Shown: piece after piece, positions 17,549 to 26,679 of the stretch
Layout of the letters: each line of letters begins with the position of its first letter
Position numbering within the stretch: the stretch's first letter is position 1
NCBI GenBank assembly: GCA_963675365.2
Contig: CAXXVA010000002.1
Coordinates: 109,899 to 173,898, forward strand
Reading direction: 5' to 3'
Source of the DNA: Candidatus Limiplasma sp.
GTDB lineage: Bacteria; Bacillota; Clostridia; Christensenellales; Aristaeellaceae
Length of the DNA: 64,000 nt
Program-made: the position numbers and the translations under genes
Notes under the pieces: model-generated
What the model saw: only the letters and a program-made list of their open reading frames with translations
What the model was told of the DNA's origin: nothing
Databases searched by the model: none

Positions 17549-18928
17549 ATGAATAGTCTTCAGAGATTTCAAATTCTCGGGCTATATGGTGACAGAGATG
17601 TTGATATTACGATTAATGACAATACCGTAATATTTGTTGGGGAAAACGGCTTAGGAAAAACCACGGTTTTAAAATATATGTTTTCTGTTCTTTCAGGTGT
17701 TTATTCTCATATGCCGACACATAAGTTCGACAAGATTGTTATTACTATTAGCAATAAAGAGTACACCTTATCGAGCAATCAAGCAAAAACGGCAAAGGTA
17801 ATTAACCCAAATTCAATTAGGCGTTTGCCTGTTCAATTTCGCAGAGAATTATTTAAACTGGATAGAGAAGATGGAATTTCAATTAATGATGTTCTTAATA
17901 TTGCTAATAAATTGAATTATCCTGTGAAAATGATTCTTGATATACTTCAATATAACTCAGAGAACAACAATAATGATATTCATCAGATTGAAATGAACTT
18001 TGATGAAAGTCATATTACACAAATTCCTAATGCTCTTGGGGCAAGAGTTTTATATCTTCCAACTTATAGACGAATTGAAGAAGACTTATCCTATATCATT
18101 CAAGAACGACAGAATTTTCGGGACCCTGAAGAGCTTCAAACTATATTTGAATTTTCAGAAAGAGGTAGCCATAGCTATATAGAATTAGTCGAATTTGGTA
18201 TGCAGGATGTAAAAGATAAAATTAAAAAGAAATGCTCAGAATTGAGCAGATATTCAGAGGCAAGCTTTAAAGAATTAGCTTATTTAAATTTAGGGGACGT
18301 TATAGATAAGAAATATCGAATGTCGGAACAGACATTTACATCAGTGCAAGATAGCGATATAGAGAAGTTTAAATTATGTGTATCACGAAATAATAAAAAT
18401 ATGCTTAATAATAAGCAAATACAATTATTGACTCAGATTCTGCATGGAAATAAACCACAAGCAAATGAAACACAAAGACAGATTCTTCTATATTATTTTA
18501 GGAATTTACTTGCACTTCAAGATGAATTAGAGAAAAAAGAAAAGGGTATTTCTGATTTTTGTAGTATGTGTAGCGAGTATCTTTCGCTTTCAGATAAGAT
18601 TATGATCTATGATATATCAAAATTCGATGTGCAAATATTGAAACAAAGAAGCAATGAGCCAATAGATATGAGCGATTTGTCTTCAGGAGAAAAACAAATA
18701 GTATCCCTATTTAGCCATCTGTATTTGCAAGACAAAGATGAGTTATTTGTTATAATTGATGAACCAGAGCTATCTCTTTCAGTACCTTGGCAAAAGCGGT
18801 TTTTATGTGATATAAGGAATGGCTCATCTTGCACAGGACTTATTGTTGCTACACACTCTCCGTTTATATATGATAATAATCTTTTTAAATATGCACATGG
18901 GCTAAAAGAATACTTTATTAACGGGTGA
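17549..18928 (+). CDS. ariA: ABC-type (SMC/RecF/OLD-like) ATPase, AriA-like
   Basis: FVGENGLGKTTVLK Walker A, LSSGEKQIVSLF signature, LFVIIDEPELSLS Walker B, ATHSPF H-loop, and a long helical insert between the lobes. AAGGAG RBS. AT-rich codon usage. Confidence 0.8.
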   Translation: MNSLQRFQILGLYGDRDVDITINDNTVIFVGENGLGKTTVLKYMFSVLSGVYSHMPTHKFDKIVITISNKEYTLSSNQAKTAKVINPNSIRRLPVQFRRELFKLDREDGISINDVLNIANKLNYPVKMILDILQYNSENNNNDIHQIEMNFDESHITQIPNALGARVLYLPTYRRIEEDLSYIIQERQNFRDPEELQTIFEFSERGSHSYIELVEFGMQDVKDKIKKKCSELSRYSEASFKELAYLNLGDVIDKKYRMSEQTFTSVQDSDIEKFKLCVSRNNKNMLNNKQIQLLTQILHGNKPQANETQRQILLYYFRNLLALQDELEKKEKGISDFCSMCSEYLSLSDKIMIYDISKFDVQILKQRSNEPIDMSDLSSGEKQIVSLFSHLYLQDKDELFVIIDEPELSLSVPWQKRFLCDIRNGSSCTGLIVATHSPFIYDNNLFKYAHGLKEYFING

Positions 18929-18932
18929 AGTT

Positions 18933-19880
18933 ATGAGCATGATATCTATTCATAAATCTGCCCTAGAAGAGATTATTGTACCATATCATTTCTTTTTGAC
19001 GGCACAAACCAAAGATGCGAAAAAGTTATTTGGCTTTGTTGAAGGGATAAATGATATTTCATATTATAATAATCATATTAGTCGGGTTATTAAGGATTAC
19101 GAGTTAATACTAATTGAAGCGGGTGAGCCAGGAAATAAAAGTAAGGTACTTCAGCTAATTGATATAATTGATTGGAATAGGTATCCTGAAAAACAGACAG
19201 CTTTTTTTGTGGATAGAGATCTAGATGATTTTTTTAATGGACAAAAGGATAGAGCAAATTTATATATAACAGATGATTGCTCTATTGAGAATTCAATTGT
19301 TAGTACATATACACTTAATAGAGTTATAAAAGAATTATGCAATATAAATTTATATGAAAAGGAAAATGAGAAACTATTCCAGCTGTTTTTATGTGGTGTA
19401 AACGAATTAGCGAAAGCGGTTTCGCTAATTAGTGCAGCATATATTTGGTTGCAAAGAAAAGGAGATAAACCATCATTCAATTGCATTGAGATTAAAGATG
19501 TCTTATGCATGGAAAAATGCAATGTGAAGACAATGAATAGTACGGATATTGTTTCATATATTGAAAGAAAATGGAATACCAAAATTATGATTGATGAAGT
19601 TTTATCTGTCGAAGTAGAGTTCCAAGATAAAAATATTGACTTGAGATATATTCGAGGGAAGTACTTAATGTGGTATTTTGTGAATTTTATCAATAACTTC
19701 CATGAGTCTTGTCAAGAATACTTTCCGCGCTTATCAAAACCACGGTCAATAAGAAAGCTAGATGTAAATAATGCTATTAATGATTTAGGGGTGCGCTCAA
19801 AAACGCCAGAGACATTGGTCGATTTTATAAGTAGAACGTACCTGATGTTTATCTCAGAAGCATGTGCAACATCTGTTTAG
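18933..19880 (+). CDS. ariB: DUF4435/TOPRIM-like nuclease, AriB-like
   Basis: FVEGINDISYYN (TOPRIM Glu motif), GNKSKV, FFVDRDLDDFF (DxD), CSIENS. Starts 5 nt after the ATPase stop. Confidence 0.75.
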   Translation: MSMISIHKSALEEIIVPYHFFLTAQTKDAKKLFGFVEGINDISYYNNHISRVIKDYELILIEAGEPGNKSKVLQLIDIIDWNRYPEKQTAFFVDRDLDDFFNGQKDRANLYITDDCSIENSIVSTYTLNRVIKELCNINLYEKENEKLFQLFLCGVNELAKAVSLISAAYIWLQRKGDKPSFNCIEIKDVLCMEKCNVKTMNSTDIVSYIERKWNTKIMIDEVLSVEVEFQDKNIDLRYIRGKYLMWYFVNFINNFHESCQEYFPRLSKPRSIRKLDVNNAINDLGVRSKTPETLVDFISRTYLMFISEACATSV

Positions 19881-19926
19881 AAAGCTAGCATCTTACTGGC
19901 TGATTATTCTTTAAATTCATAGTATT

Positions 19927-19952
19927 ATCGCCGCAGAGTTTTCTGCGGCGAT
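19927..19952 (+). terminator. Intrinsic terminator of the island operon
   Basis: Perfect 10-bp stem ATCGCCGCAG-agtttt-CTGCGGCGAT followed by TGATTTTA. Confidence 0.75.
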
Positions 19953-20089
19953 TGATTTTACGCAAGTTTAAGTTGCCTTTGATTGCGGGTTTACATTTCT
20001 TTGCTATGATGGTGCCGTGATAGAGGATTTCCTTTGACCAAACCCGTCGAGGCCGAGCGATATGGACGCCGTTCTGGGCGGGTTTTCGG

Positions 20090-20116
20090 GACAGGCACCA
20101 TGTGCCTGTCTTTTCG
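20090..20116 (+). terminator. Orphan hairpin terminator
   Basis: GACAGGCAC-cat-GTGCCTGTC followed by TTTTCG. No CDS lies upstream between 19953 and 20089. Confidence 0.45.
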
Positions 20117-20250
20117 TGTAGCTGGGTTTTTCCATTGTAATACGATTATCCGCCGGCTTGCGTGTCCTTTGGCGGTGTCCGGTGACGCGTTTGCATCAAC
20201 CCGTGCGGGGGTATTGATGCTGCGAGAAATTTAAAAGCTGTGTTTGCGGC

Positions 20251-20272
20251 TTTTAACCTCGCGCGGGTCATA
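20251..20272 (+). repeat. 22-nt repeat TTTTAACCTCGCGCGGGTCATA (copy of 12671-12692)
   Basis: See 12671-12692. Lies between the AT-rich island and the stop of the 20300 gene. Confidence 0.7.
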
Positions 20273-20299
20273 GCGGGATATATCAACCGAAACGTTCGG

Positions 20300-22282
20300 C
20301 TACGGCCGGTAATAGTGCGTGATGCGGGTGCAGACGCCCTTGTCGTTTAGCACAAACTGCAGGTACATCATCTGGCTGGATAGCGTTGTGGTCGAGTACT
20401 GAATGGTGCGCGTGCCGTCGTCGTTGATATTGATCACGCCGATATCCGGGTCGGCAAAGTAGAGGTTGCGGCTGCCATCCTGGTTATCGGGCATGCCGAA
20501 ATCCTTATACACGGCGGTGATCTCCGCTTCGGTGGAACCTACGCCCACGCCGCGCGGGGGCGTGGCGATGTTGCGGTTCATGTCCACGCTCGCCAGCAGC
20601 CACTGGTTGCCCACCAGCACGAACACGGCCTTGCCCCAGGTATACGTAAGCTCCTGCGCCTGCCCCTCGTAGAACATGTACTGAATATCCTGCGTCGTGT
20701 CCGGCTGCCCGAATGTGCCGGTGAAATCCGACAAACGCGTTTTCCCCAGCACGAAGTCCGCAAAGGTATCCTCGCGCGAGTAGGGGTCCGGCAGGTAGGG
20801 AGCGACGGAGAACTTGTAGTAGACCTCCAGCGTGGACGACCGCTTGCCGTAGCCGTTGACCACCAGCGCGTGCAGGTAGACGCGGCCCGTGGGCAGCGCG
20901 ATGGGGGTTTCTTCATCCCAGATCGGGCTGAGGTCGGGGTCGGGCTGCGAGCCGTCGAAGGTGTAATAGAAGGTCAGGTCGTCTTCCTTGGCCTTTTGCT
21001 CGTCCGTTTTGGTGTTGTAGTTGGAGGATTTCTCGCCCGGCCGCAGGCTGACAGACTTCAGCTTGTTATAGGTGTTGGGGGCGAGGTTGGCCTTGGGGGC
21101 GGCGGGCGTGGGGTAATACACCGTATACTGCGCCGAAAACTCGTCGGAGTGCAGATCGTCGATTACGCATACGGCGCGCAGCTTAAACGTGCCCTCGGTG
21201 ATCGTTACCGTATCGCCTGTCATCAGCGTACCTTCCTCGGGCAGAATCTTATCGTCGTCCAGCGTGTAGTAGATGTCGTAGCCCTGCGGCGAGGTGAGCT
21301 GGATATGCTGTTCCAGCTCGTAGCGGCCGGCGACCTGCGTGGCGTCCACCTCCGGCTTTTCGGGGATGAAGGTGTTGCGTTCCACACGGTAGGCTTCGCG
21401 GCCTGTGTTTTCATAAGCGGTCAGCATCAGGTCCGCCGCCTCGGGGTTGCGGTCCTGGCGGGTCAACAGCGCGATCAGCGCCGTGTACGCCTCGGTGCGG
21501 GAGGGGCTGACGGTATCGATCAGGTCTTGGTACACGGCCTCGGCCAGGTCGTCCTGGTTGTTGAGCTCGTACACCGTTGCCAGAAGGTACAGCCCGTCGT
21601 AGTTTTCGGGGTCGAGGGTATCGGCGATGCGGAAGGCCTTGATGGCCGAATCCATATCGCCTATTTCGGTATAGTCCTGCCCCACCAGCCAGTAGGTCTG
21701 CGCGGGCACGGTCAATAACCGGTCGAGAATCTCCTCCTGCTCCGTGAGCAAGGTAGCGTCGGTCGTCTGCGCAAGCGCGAGCTCTTCTTCCGTCGTCATC
21801 AGCACCTGTTTGCGGCCGGTGATGCGCTGGCCCTCGTCGGTCGACTTGATGTAGATAAAGTACCCGACCGCCGCAAGCACAAGCAGCGCCGTAAGGATCA
21901 CGAAAAGCAGCATCCAGTTGAACTTGTGGTACTGCATGCCCTTGGTCTTATGGCGGCTGGAGGTTACGTAGGGCGTCCCAACGCTGCCGTGCACGGGAAC
22001 GCCGGAGCGCGTTTGCGGGCGGCTGAGCCCGTCGCCCTTGGCGGCGTTTGCGCGCCGTACGCCGCGAGCGCTTTCCGGCGGCAGGGGGGACATTTCATAG
22101 TCGCCGTACTCGGGTACCGCTTCGCGTTTTTCATCGGGCAGCATTTGCGGCGGCGCGTCGCCGCGCCGTCCCTGGCGCATGCCGCGAACGCCGGGATCGT
22201 CGTCCCGGCGCGCCATCTCGCCGCAGACGCCGCACATCACGGCGTCGTCGGGTAAATAACTGCCACATTGCTTACAATACAT
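20300..22282 (-). CDS. Zinc-ribbon / single-pass membrane / TPR-repeat protein with C-terminal beta-rich domains
   Basis: N-terminal MYCKQCGSYLPDDAVMCGVCG, TM helix WMLLFVILTALLVLAAVGYFIYI, TPR-like region (YWLVGQDYTEIGDMDSAIKAFRIA...). Confidence 0.7.
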   Translation of the reverse strand: MYCKQCGSYLPDDAVMCGVCGEMARRDDDPGVRGMRQGRRGDAPPQMLPDEKREAVPEYGDYEMSPLPPESARGVRRANAAKGDGLSRPQTRSGVPVHGSVGTPYVTSSRHKTKGMQYHKFNWMLLFVILTALLVLAAVGYFIYIKSTDEGQRITGRKQVLMTTEEELALAQTTDATLLTEQEEILDRLLTVPAQTYWLVGQDYTEIGDMDSAIKAFRIADTLDPENYDGLYLLATVYELNNQDDLAEAVYQDLIDTVSPSRTEAYTALIALLTRQDRNPEAADLMLTAYENTGREAYRVERNTFIPEKPEVDATQVAGRYELEQHIQLTSPQGYDIYYTLDDDKILPEEGTLMTGDTVTITEGTFKLRAVCVIDDLHSDEFSAQYTVYYPTPAAPKANLAPNTYNKLKSVSLRPGEKSSNYNTKTDEQKAKEDDLTFYYTFDGSQPDPDLSPIWDEETPIALPTGRVYLHALVVNGYGKRSSTLEVYYKFSVAPYLPDPYSREDTFADFVLGKTRLSDFTGTFGQPDTTQDIQYMFYEGQAQELTYTWGKAVFVLVGNQWLLASVDMNRNIATPPRGVGVGSTEAEITAVYKDFGMPDNQDGSRNLYFADPDIGVININDDGTRTIQYSTTTLSSQMMYLQFVLNDKGVCTRITHYYRP

Positions 22283-22296
22283 CGCGAATCGATCCT

Positions 22297-22980
22297 TTAG
22301 GCTTTGCAGGATTCCGCGGACTGGTTGTTCACCGGATGTCCGTTGATTTCCAACTCAAATTCCTGCTTTAAAAACCGCGCGGCCTTCTCGCACATCAAAA
22401 TGCGGGGCAGGTAGATGGACAGGTACTCAAGCACGGAGCTTGTCGTATCCATCACCAGCGACTGGCGGATCACGCGGGTCTTGCGGTTGACGATCACTTC
22501 GTTTTTCTGGATGGCGAAGTTCACGCGGTCGTGGATATCGGTGGGATCGGGGCTGCCGTTGCGCACCCGGCTTTTGTGCGCGTCGGATTTATCGGCGATG
22601 ATCAGCGCGGCGCTGACCGCCGAAGACGCCGTTCCGCTTTCCTCCTCGTGGTTGCCGACGGCCGTCACCACCTCCAGCGCGTCATTGATGGTCATGCCCG
22701 CTTCGCGGAGGATGGGGAACAGCATGATCGCGCCGTTGGGCCCGTGGTCGTGGCGGTTGATGGAGTTGCCCACGTCGTGTACCCATCCGGCGATGGCCGC
22801 AAGCTCAATCTCGCGCTCGGAATAGCCGAGCTGGATCAAAATATGGCTCGCGGTGCGGCTGACGTAGCTTAAATGCCGCGGGCCGTGATCAGTATACCCC
22901 AGGTGCTCCAGATAGCGGTTGCCCGCCTTGATCAGCGCGCGGATGTTTTCGTTCTGTTTGATATCTGCCAGTGTAATCAT
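22297..22980 (-). CDS. HD-domain phosphohydrolase
   Basis: Start at MITLADIKQNE (ATG 22978-22980). HGPRH and GWVHDVGNSINRHDHG motifs. The track ORF to 23187 is an upstream extension overlapping the next gene. Confidence 0.8.
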   Translation of the reverse strand: MITLADIKQNENIRALIKAGNRYLEHLGYTDHGPRHLSYVSRTASHILIQLGYSEREIELAAIAGWVHDVGNSINRHDHGPNGAIMLFPILREAGMTINDALEVVTAVGNHEEESGTASSAVSAALIIADKSDAHKSRVRNGSPDPTDIHDRVNFAIQKNEVIVNRKTRVIRQSLVMDTTSSVLEYLSIYLPRILMCEKAARFLKQEFELEINGHPVNNQSAESCKA

Positions 22981-22990
22981 GTGTCGCTCC

Positions 22991-23815
22991 TTAGCGCAGC
23001 TGCAGCCGCTGTACGGCAAGGTAGGTCGGATCGTCGGTAAAATCGCGGTAGGGCGCTTCGCCGCCGAGGCGCTCGATGGCGTTGCGGATCTCGATGAAGT
23101 CGATGTAAGAGGTATCCTTGGCTTCTGCGGCCGAAAGCAGCGGTTCCACGGCGCGCTCGTCGTCCATCTTGCCCAGATAGCCCGCATACAGCGCGCGCTT
23201 GCCCGCCTGAGTCTTGAAGCGTTCGATGGCGAAGGTCACCACGGCGTCGTCGGCGCCGGGCCGGGCCAAAACGTCCAGCAGCGCTTCCCTGCCAGCGTCG
23301 TCCGCCGCCGTAAAGGCGATCTTCGCGGGGCCGAGCGCCTTGTCGCCCATCAGGTTCAGGCTTTCCAGCGCCGCGTCCAGCAGATCTTCGTCCTCGGTGC
23401 GCTCCACCTGCCAGCGGATGTATTCAACCATCGGCTTATCGCTTTCCATCTCGCGCAGAAGGTCCACGGCGAGCATCCGCGCTTCGGTGGGCGCGCCGGC
23501 GTTTTGCGCAAGCGCCAGCAGCGCGTCCTCGTCGCCCAGCGCATGCAGCCGGGTGAGCAGCGGATCGGGTGTGGGAACGCCCTGTGCGATATAGTCGTTC
23601 AGCAGGTCGATCAGCGCTTTGGCGTCCGTAAAGCGCTCAAAGTATTCCGCGGGCGTCTGCCCGTCCAGAAAATCGGCCGGGGTTTTCAGCCACGCGGTGT
23701 AAAACTCGGGCGCGGCTTCTTCCAGCGCGTCGGCCGTTTTGTATTTTCCGCGGTTTTCTTCAATCCAGCGGCCGAGCGCCTTGGCGAACGCCGCGTCGAA
23801 ATCAATCAGTTTCAT
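22991..23815 (-). CDS. Conserved hypothetical, all-alpha (HEAT-like repeats)
   Basis: 274-aa ORF in an operon-like string with the HD gene. Acidic and helical, with no catalytic motif recognised. Confidence 0.6.
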   Translation of the reverse strand: MKLIDFDAAFAKALGRWIEENRGKYKTADALEEAAPEFYTAWLKTPADFLDGQTPAEYFERFTDAKALIDLLNDYIAQGVPTPDPLLTRLHALGDEDALLALAQNAGAPTEARMLAVDLLREMESDKPMVEYIRWQVERTEDEDLLDAALESLNLMGDKALGPAKIAFTAADDAGREALLDVLARPGADDAVVTFAIERFKTQAGKRALYAGYLGKMDDERAVEPLLSAAEAKDTSYIDFIEIRNAIERLGGEAPYRDFTDDPTYLAVQRLQLR

Positions 23816-23885
23816 GGGGTCTCCTCTCGTGATACGGGGTTTTTGTAACGTTCGCGTTTTACCGCGCGATCCCCTGTTATGCCCG

Positions 23886-24764
23886 TCAGCGCCGGTTTAA
23901 AAGCCTGAGCAGGTCGGGCGTTGAAAAGTTATATTTTTTTGCGCAGAAGTGGCACACGAGCTCCGCGCCGTCCACGTCGTCGGTGATCATGCGCTTGAGT
24001 TCTTCCGGGCCCAGCGCGATCAACGCGCGCTCCATGCGCTCCCGGGAACAGTTGCATTCGTAGCGCAGTTCCCCGGTTTCCAAAAGCTCCGGCTCAAGCC
24101 TCGCAAACCAGGTTTGCAGAAGGGCTTCCGGCGTTTCGTGCAGCAGCTCGCCCGCGATCTCGCCGAAGATCGGCGAGCGCAGTTCGAGCTGATCGATCAG
24201 CTCGTCGCCGCAGCCCGGCATGGCCTGCAGCAGCACCCCGCCGGCGGCGTCCACCGTCACGTCCGAGGCGATCACGCCCAGGCTGACCAGCGAGGGGCTT
24301 TGCTCGCTCTGTACGTAGTAGTACGCAAGGTCGGCGGCGATTTCGCCCGAGGTCAGGCTCACCTGGCCGATGTAGGGGCTTTTCATACGCAGGTCCTTGA
24401 CCACGCTCAGCCGCCCGTGCCTGCCCACGCCGCCGCCGATATCGAGCTTGCCGTCCTTGAGCGGCAATTGCACCGTGTGGTTTTGCACGTAGCCGCGAAC
24501 GGTGACGGCCGCGTCGGCATGCCCTCCAACGCAGACGATCTTTTTCAGCGGCCCGTCGCCGTCGATGGTCAGGGTCACGGTGGATTTCGGCTCCTTAAGC
24601 GTGGAGGTTAGCATGGCCGCGGCCATCAGCCCGCGCCCGAGCGCCGCGGCGGCCACGGCGCTGGACCCCTGCAGTTCCTGCGCCCTGCGCACGGTTTCGG
24701 TCGCGTTTAACATTAGGCCGCGCACGGCGCCGCCCCGCAAGGTGAAATGCAGCATGGTATCCAT
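23886..24764 (-). CDS. hslO: Hsp33 redox-regulated chaperone
   Basis: C-terminal zinc centre CNCSRERMERAL ... CHFCAKKYNF. Typical length of 292 aa. Confidence 0.9.
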   Translation of the reverse strand: MDTMLHFTLRGGAVRGLMLNATETVRRAQELQGSSAVAAAALGRGLMAAAMLTSTLKEPKSTVTLTIDGDGPLKKIVCVGGHADAAVTVRGYVQNHTVQLPLKDGKLDIGGGVGRHGRLSVVKDLRMKSPYIGQVSLTSGEIAADLAYYYVQSEQSPSLVSLGVIASDVTVDAAGGVLLQAMPGCGDELIDQLELRSPIFGEIAGELLHETPEALLQTWFARLEPELLETGELRYECNCSRERMERALIALGPEELKRMITDDVDGAELVCHFCAKKYNFSTPDLLRLLNRR

Positions 24765-24767
24765 GGC

Positions 24768-25511
24768 CTAAAGCTCCTTTTTCGTCGCCGCGACGTGCCA
24801 GCGTTTTTCGTCCGGCTTTGGCGCGTCCAACACCCTGTCGCCGTAAGCCCGGACGTCCGCAAAGCCTTCGGCTTCCAGCAGGGCGGTCAGCTGTTTAAGC
24901 GTATAGCCGTACTGGGTTTGTTCTTCCACGATGCGGCCGTAGTGCCCGTCCTTCTCCCGCTTGAAGATCGAAAGCCGCATCTCCACGCGGCAGGACGAGC
25001 TGTAATAGCGGTTCGTCCACAGGTAGGCGACGTCGTTGAGGTCTTCGCCGTGGGTGTTGCTGCCGAGCACGTTTTGCAGCTTCCAGGGCGTCGATACGTC
25101 GAAAATCAGCGCGCCGCCGGGCCTGAGCGCCTGGTGCGCGGCCCGGAAAAACGCGGATACGTCCTGTTTGGAGGGCAGGTAGTTCACCCCGTCGCAGGTG
25201 CACAGCACCGCGTCCTGCGGGCGGTGCAGCGTAAACGTCCGCATGTCCATGTGCACAAAGGGGATGGCTAGCCCCAGGCGCCGCGCCTTGCCCGCCGCGA
25301 CGGCGAGCATATCGGCGGAGGCGTCCACCCCGGTCATCGCGTAGGTTTTGGCAAGCGGAAGCGTCAGCCCGCCCGTGCCGCAGGCGCACTCGCACACCGC
25401 GCCTTTATGAACGCCGCGCAGGCGCAGAAGCTCGCGGTAAAAAGCGGCCCATGCGGGATAATCCACATCGGCCATCAGGCGGTCATATACGGATGCAAAC
25501 GCGGTATACAA
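24768..25511 (-). CDS. Class I SAM-dependent methyltransferase
   Basis: Motif I VCECACGTGGLTLPLA. Confidence 0.8.
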   Translation of the reverse strand: MYTAFASVYDRLMADVDYPAWAAFYRELLRLRGVHKGAVCECACGTGGLTLPLAKTYAMTGVDASADMLAVAAGKARRLGLAIPFVHMDMRTFTLHRPQDAVLCTCDGVNYLPSKQDVSAFFRAAHQALRPGGALIFDVSTPWKLQNVLGSNTHGEDLNDVAYLWTNRYYSSSCRVEMRLSIFKREKDGHYGRIVEEQTQYGYTLKQLTALLEAEGFADVRAYGDRVLDAPKPDEKRWHVAATKKEL

Positions 25512-25530
25512 TCAACAGTCTCCCACGAAC

Positions 25531-26517
25531 CTAGACTTCGTCCTCAAGCTCGTCGTCGTCATCGTCGTCGTCGTCCTTGTGCAGCCCGCGATCCACCACC
25601 GCGCCGTCGATTTTGGAGTTGATGAACTTGTCAAACACGGCGTTTGAAAAGCTTGCCGAGATAAAGCGGCTGAGCGCAAATCCCAGCAGCATATAGTACA
25701 GGAACAGGATCACAACGACCCATACGTAGTACACCGTGAAAAACGCCACCACGATTCCGATGATCGTCGGCACCAGCGTGATCAGCTTGAACAAAACGGT
25801 CTGGGGCAGCCGCCCAAGGGTGAGCAGCAGGGAATTGCGGATAAGCTGGGGGTACGTCAGCTTGTAGCTGACCATCAGCGGATAGGTGAAGATCAGGCTC
25901 ATCATCCACACAATGCCCACCAGCAGCGTGAGCATCTGGGGAATCACGTAGAGCATGCCGTTGGTGCTGGCAAGCGAGCCGTAAAAATCCCAGCACACGT
26001 ACACGATCACCGGCACAAGCCCGGTGATGAAGCCGGTCAACAGCCCGTGCTTCCAGTTCTCTTTCACGGCGTCCTTGAAATCGCTGAAGATAAAGGCGTG
26101 CTCGTCGCGCGCCCAGTTGCGCGTTACGAAGCAAAGCCCGGGCGTAAACGGCCCGGTGATGGTAATCGCGGGAATGAGCATCAAAAGCCCGAACATCACG
26201 ATGGACTTGACCTGTTCAACGTTCTGGGCCATTTGCAGGTCGAAATCCGCCTTGAGCAGGGTGCCCTCTTCCAGCAGGATATTGGCGCTTGCCATATCGC
26301 CAAGCACCGTGAAGATCAGGATCAGGTGATAGGCGATCACGATCATCGCGGGCAGCCACGCCAGCATGTATAAAAGGTTCAGCCGCGTCAGCCCGCTCAG
26401 CCGCACGCGCAGCATTTCGCGGAAAAGCTGGCCCCGCGTGGTGGGCAGGTCGTCCTTGGTATAATCGCCCTTGCCGGACTTGCCGTACAGGTAGTTGTTC
26501 ATGAATTTACCGAACAT
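25531..26517 (-). CDS. YesL/DUF624-like polytopic membrane protein with poly-Asp tail
   Basis: 328 aa with multiple TM helices. C-terminus HKDDDDDDDDELEDEV. Confidence 0.65.
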   Translation of the reverse strand: MFGKFMNNYLYGKSGKGDYTKDDLPTTRGQLFREMLRVRLSGLTRLNLLYMLAWLPAMIVIAYHLILIFTVLGDMASANILLEEGTLLKADFDLQMAQNVEQVKSIVMFGLLMLIPAITITGPFTPGLCFVTRNWARDEHAFIFSDFKDAVKENWKHGLLTGFITGLVPVIVYVCWDFYGSLASTNGMLYVIPQMLTLLVGIVWMMSLIFTYPLMVSYKLTYPQLIRNSLLLTLGRLPQTVLFKLITLVPTIIGIVVAFFTVYYVWVVVILFLYYMLLGFALSRFISASFSNAVFDKFINSKIDGAVVDRGLHKDDDDDDDDELEDEV

Positions 26518-26679
26518 CTGGTTTGCCTCCCTCTTGCTCAGGGCAAACGCTGATCAATCCCCCGCACACGGACGATTGCGTTTTCACCGCCGCGCAAGGT
26601 ATTTATTCATCGTTTACCTGGGTATTATACCATATTCGGCTGTGTTGTGTATGGTTGAAGATTCAGGTTTTACAGGCGC

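Noticed and set aside
19868-19910. Possible right-hand att-like copy of the family-B module (ACATCTGTTTAG...CTAGCATCTTACTGGCTGATTATTC) matching the left junction of the PARIS-like island
   Set aside because: Only CTAGCATCT and CTGAtT are shared and the rest needs large gaps. It also overlaps the ariB-like stop codon and is AT-rich. The match is too weak to call a direct repeat without a formal alignment.
20034-20234. 66-aa ORF in the non-coding stretch right of the PARIS-like island
   Set aside because: It has a TTG start, no RBS and no recognisable motif, and it spans an orphan terminator hairpin. It more likely represents junction debris.
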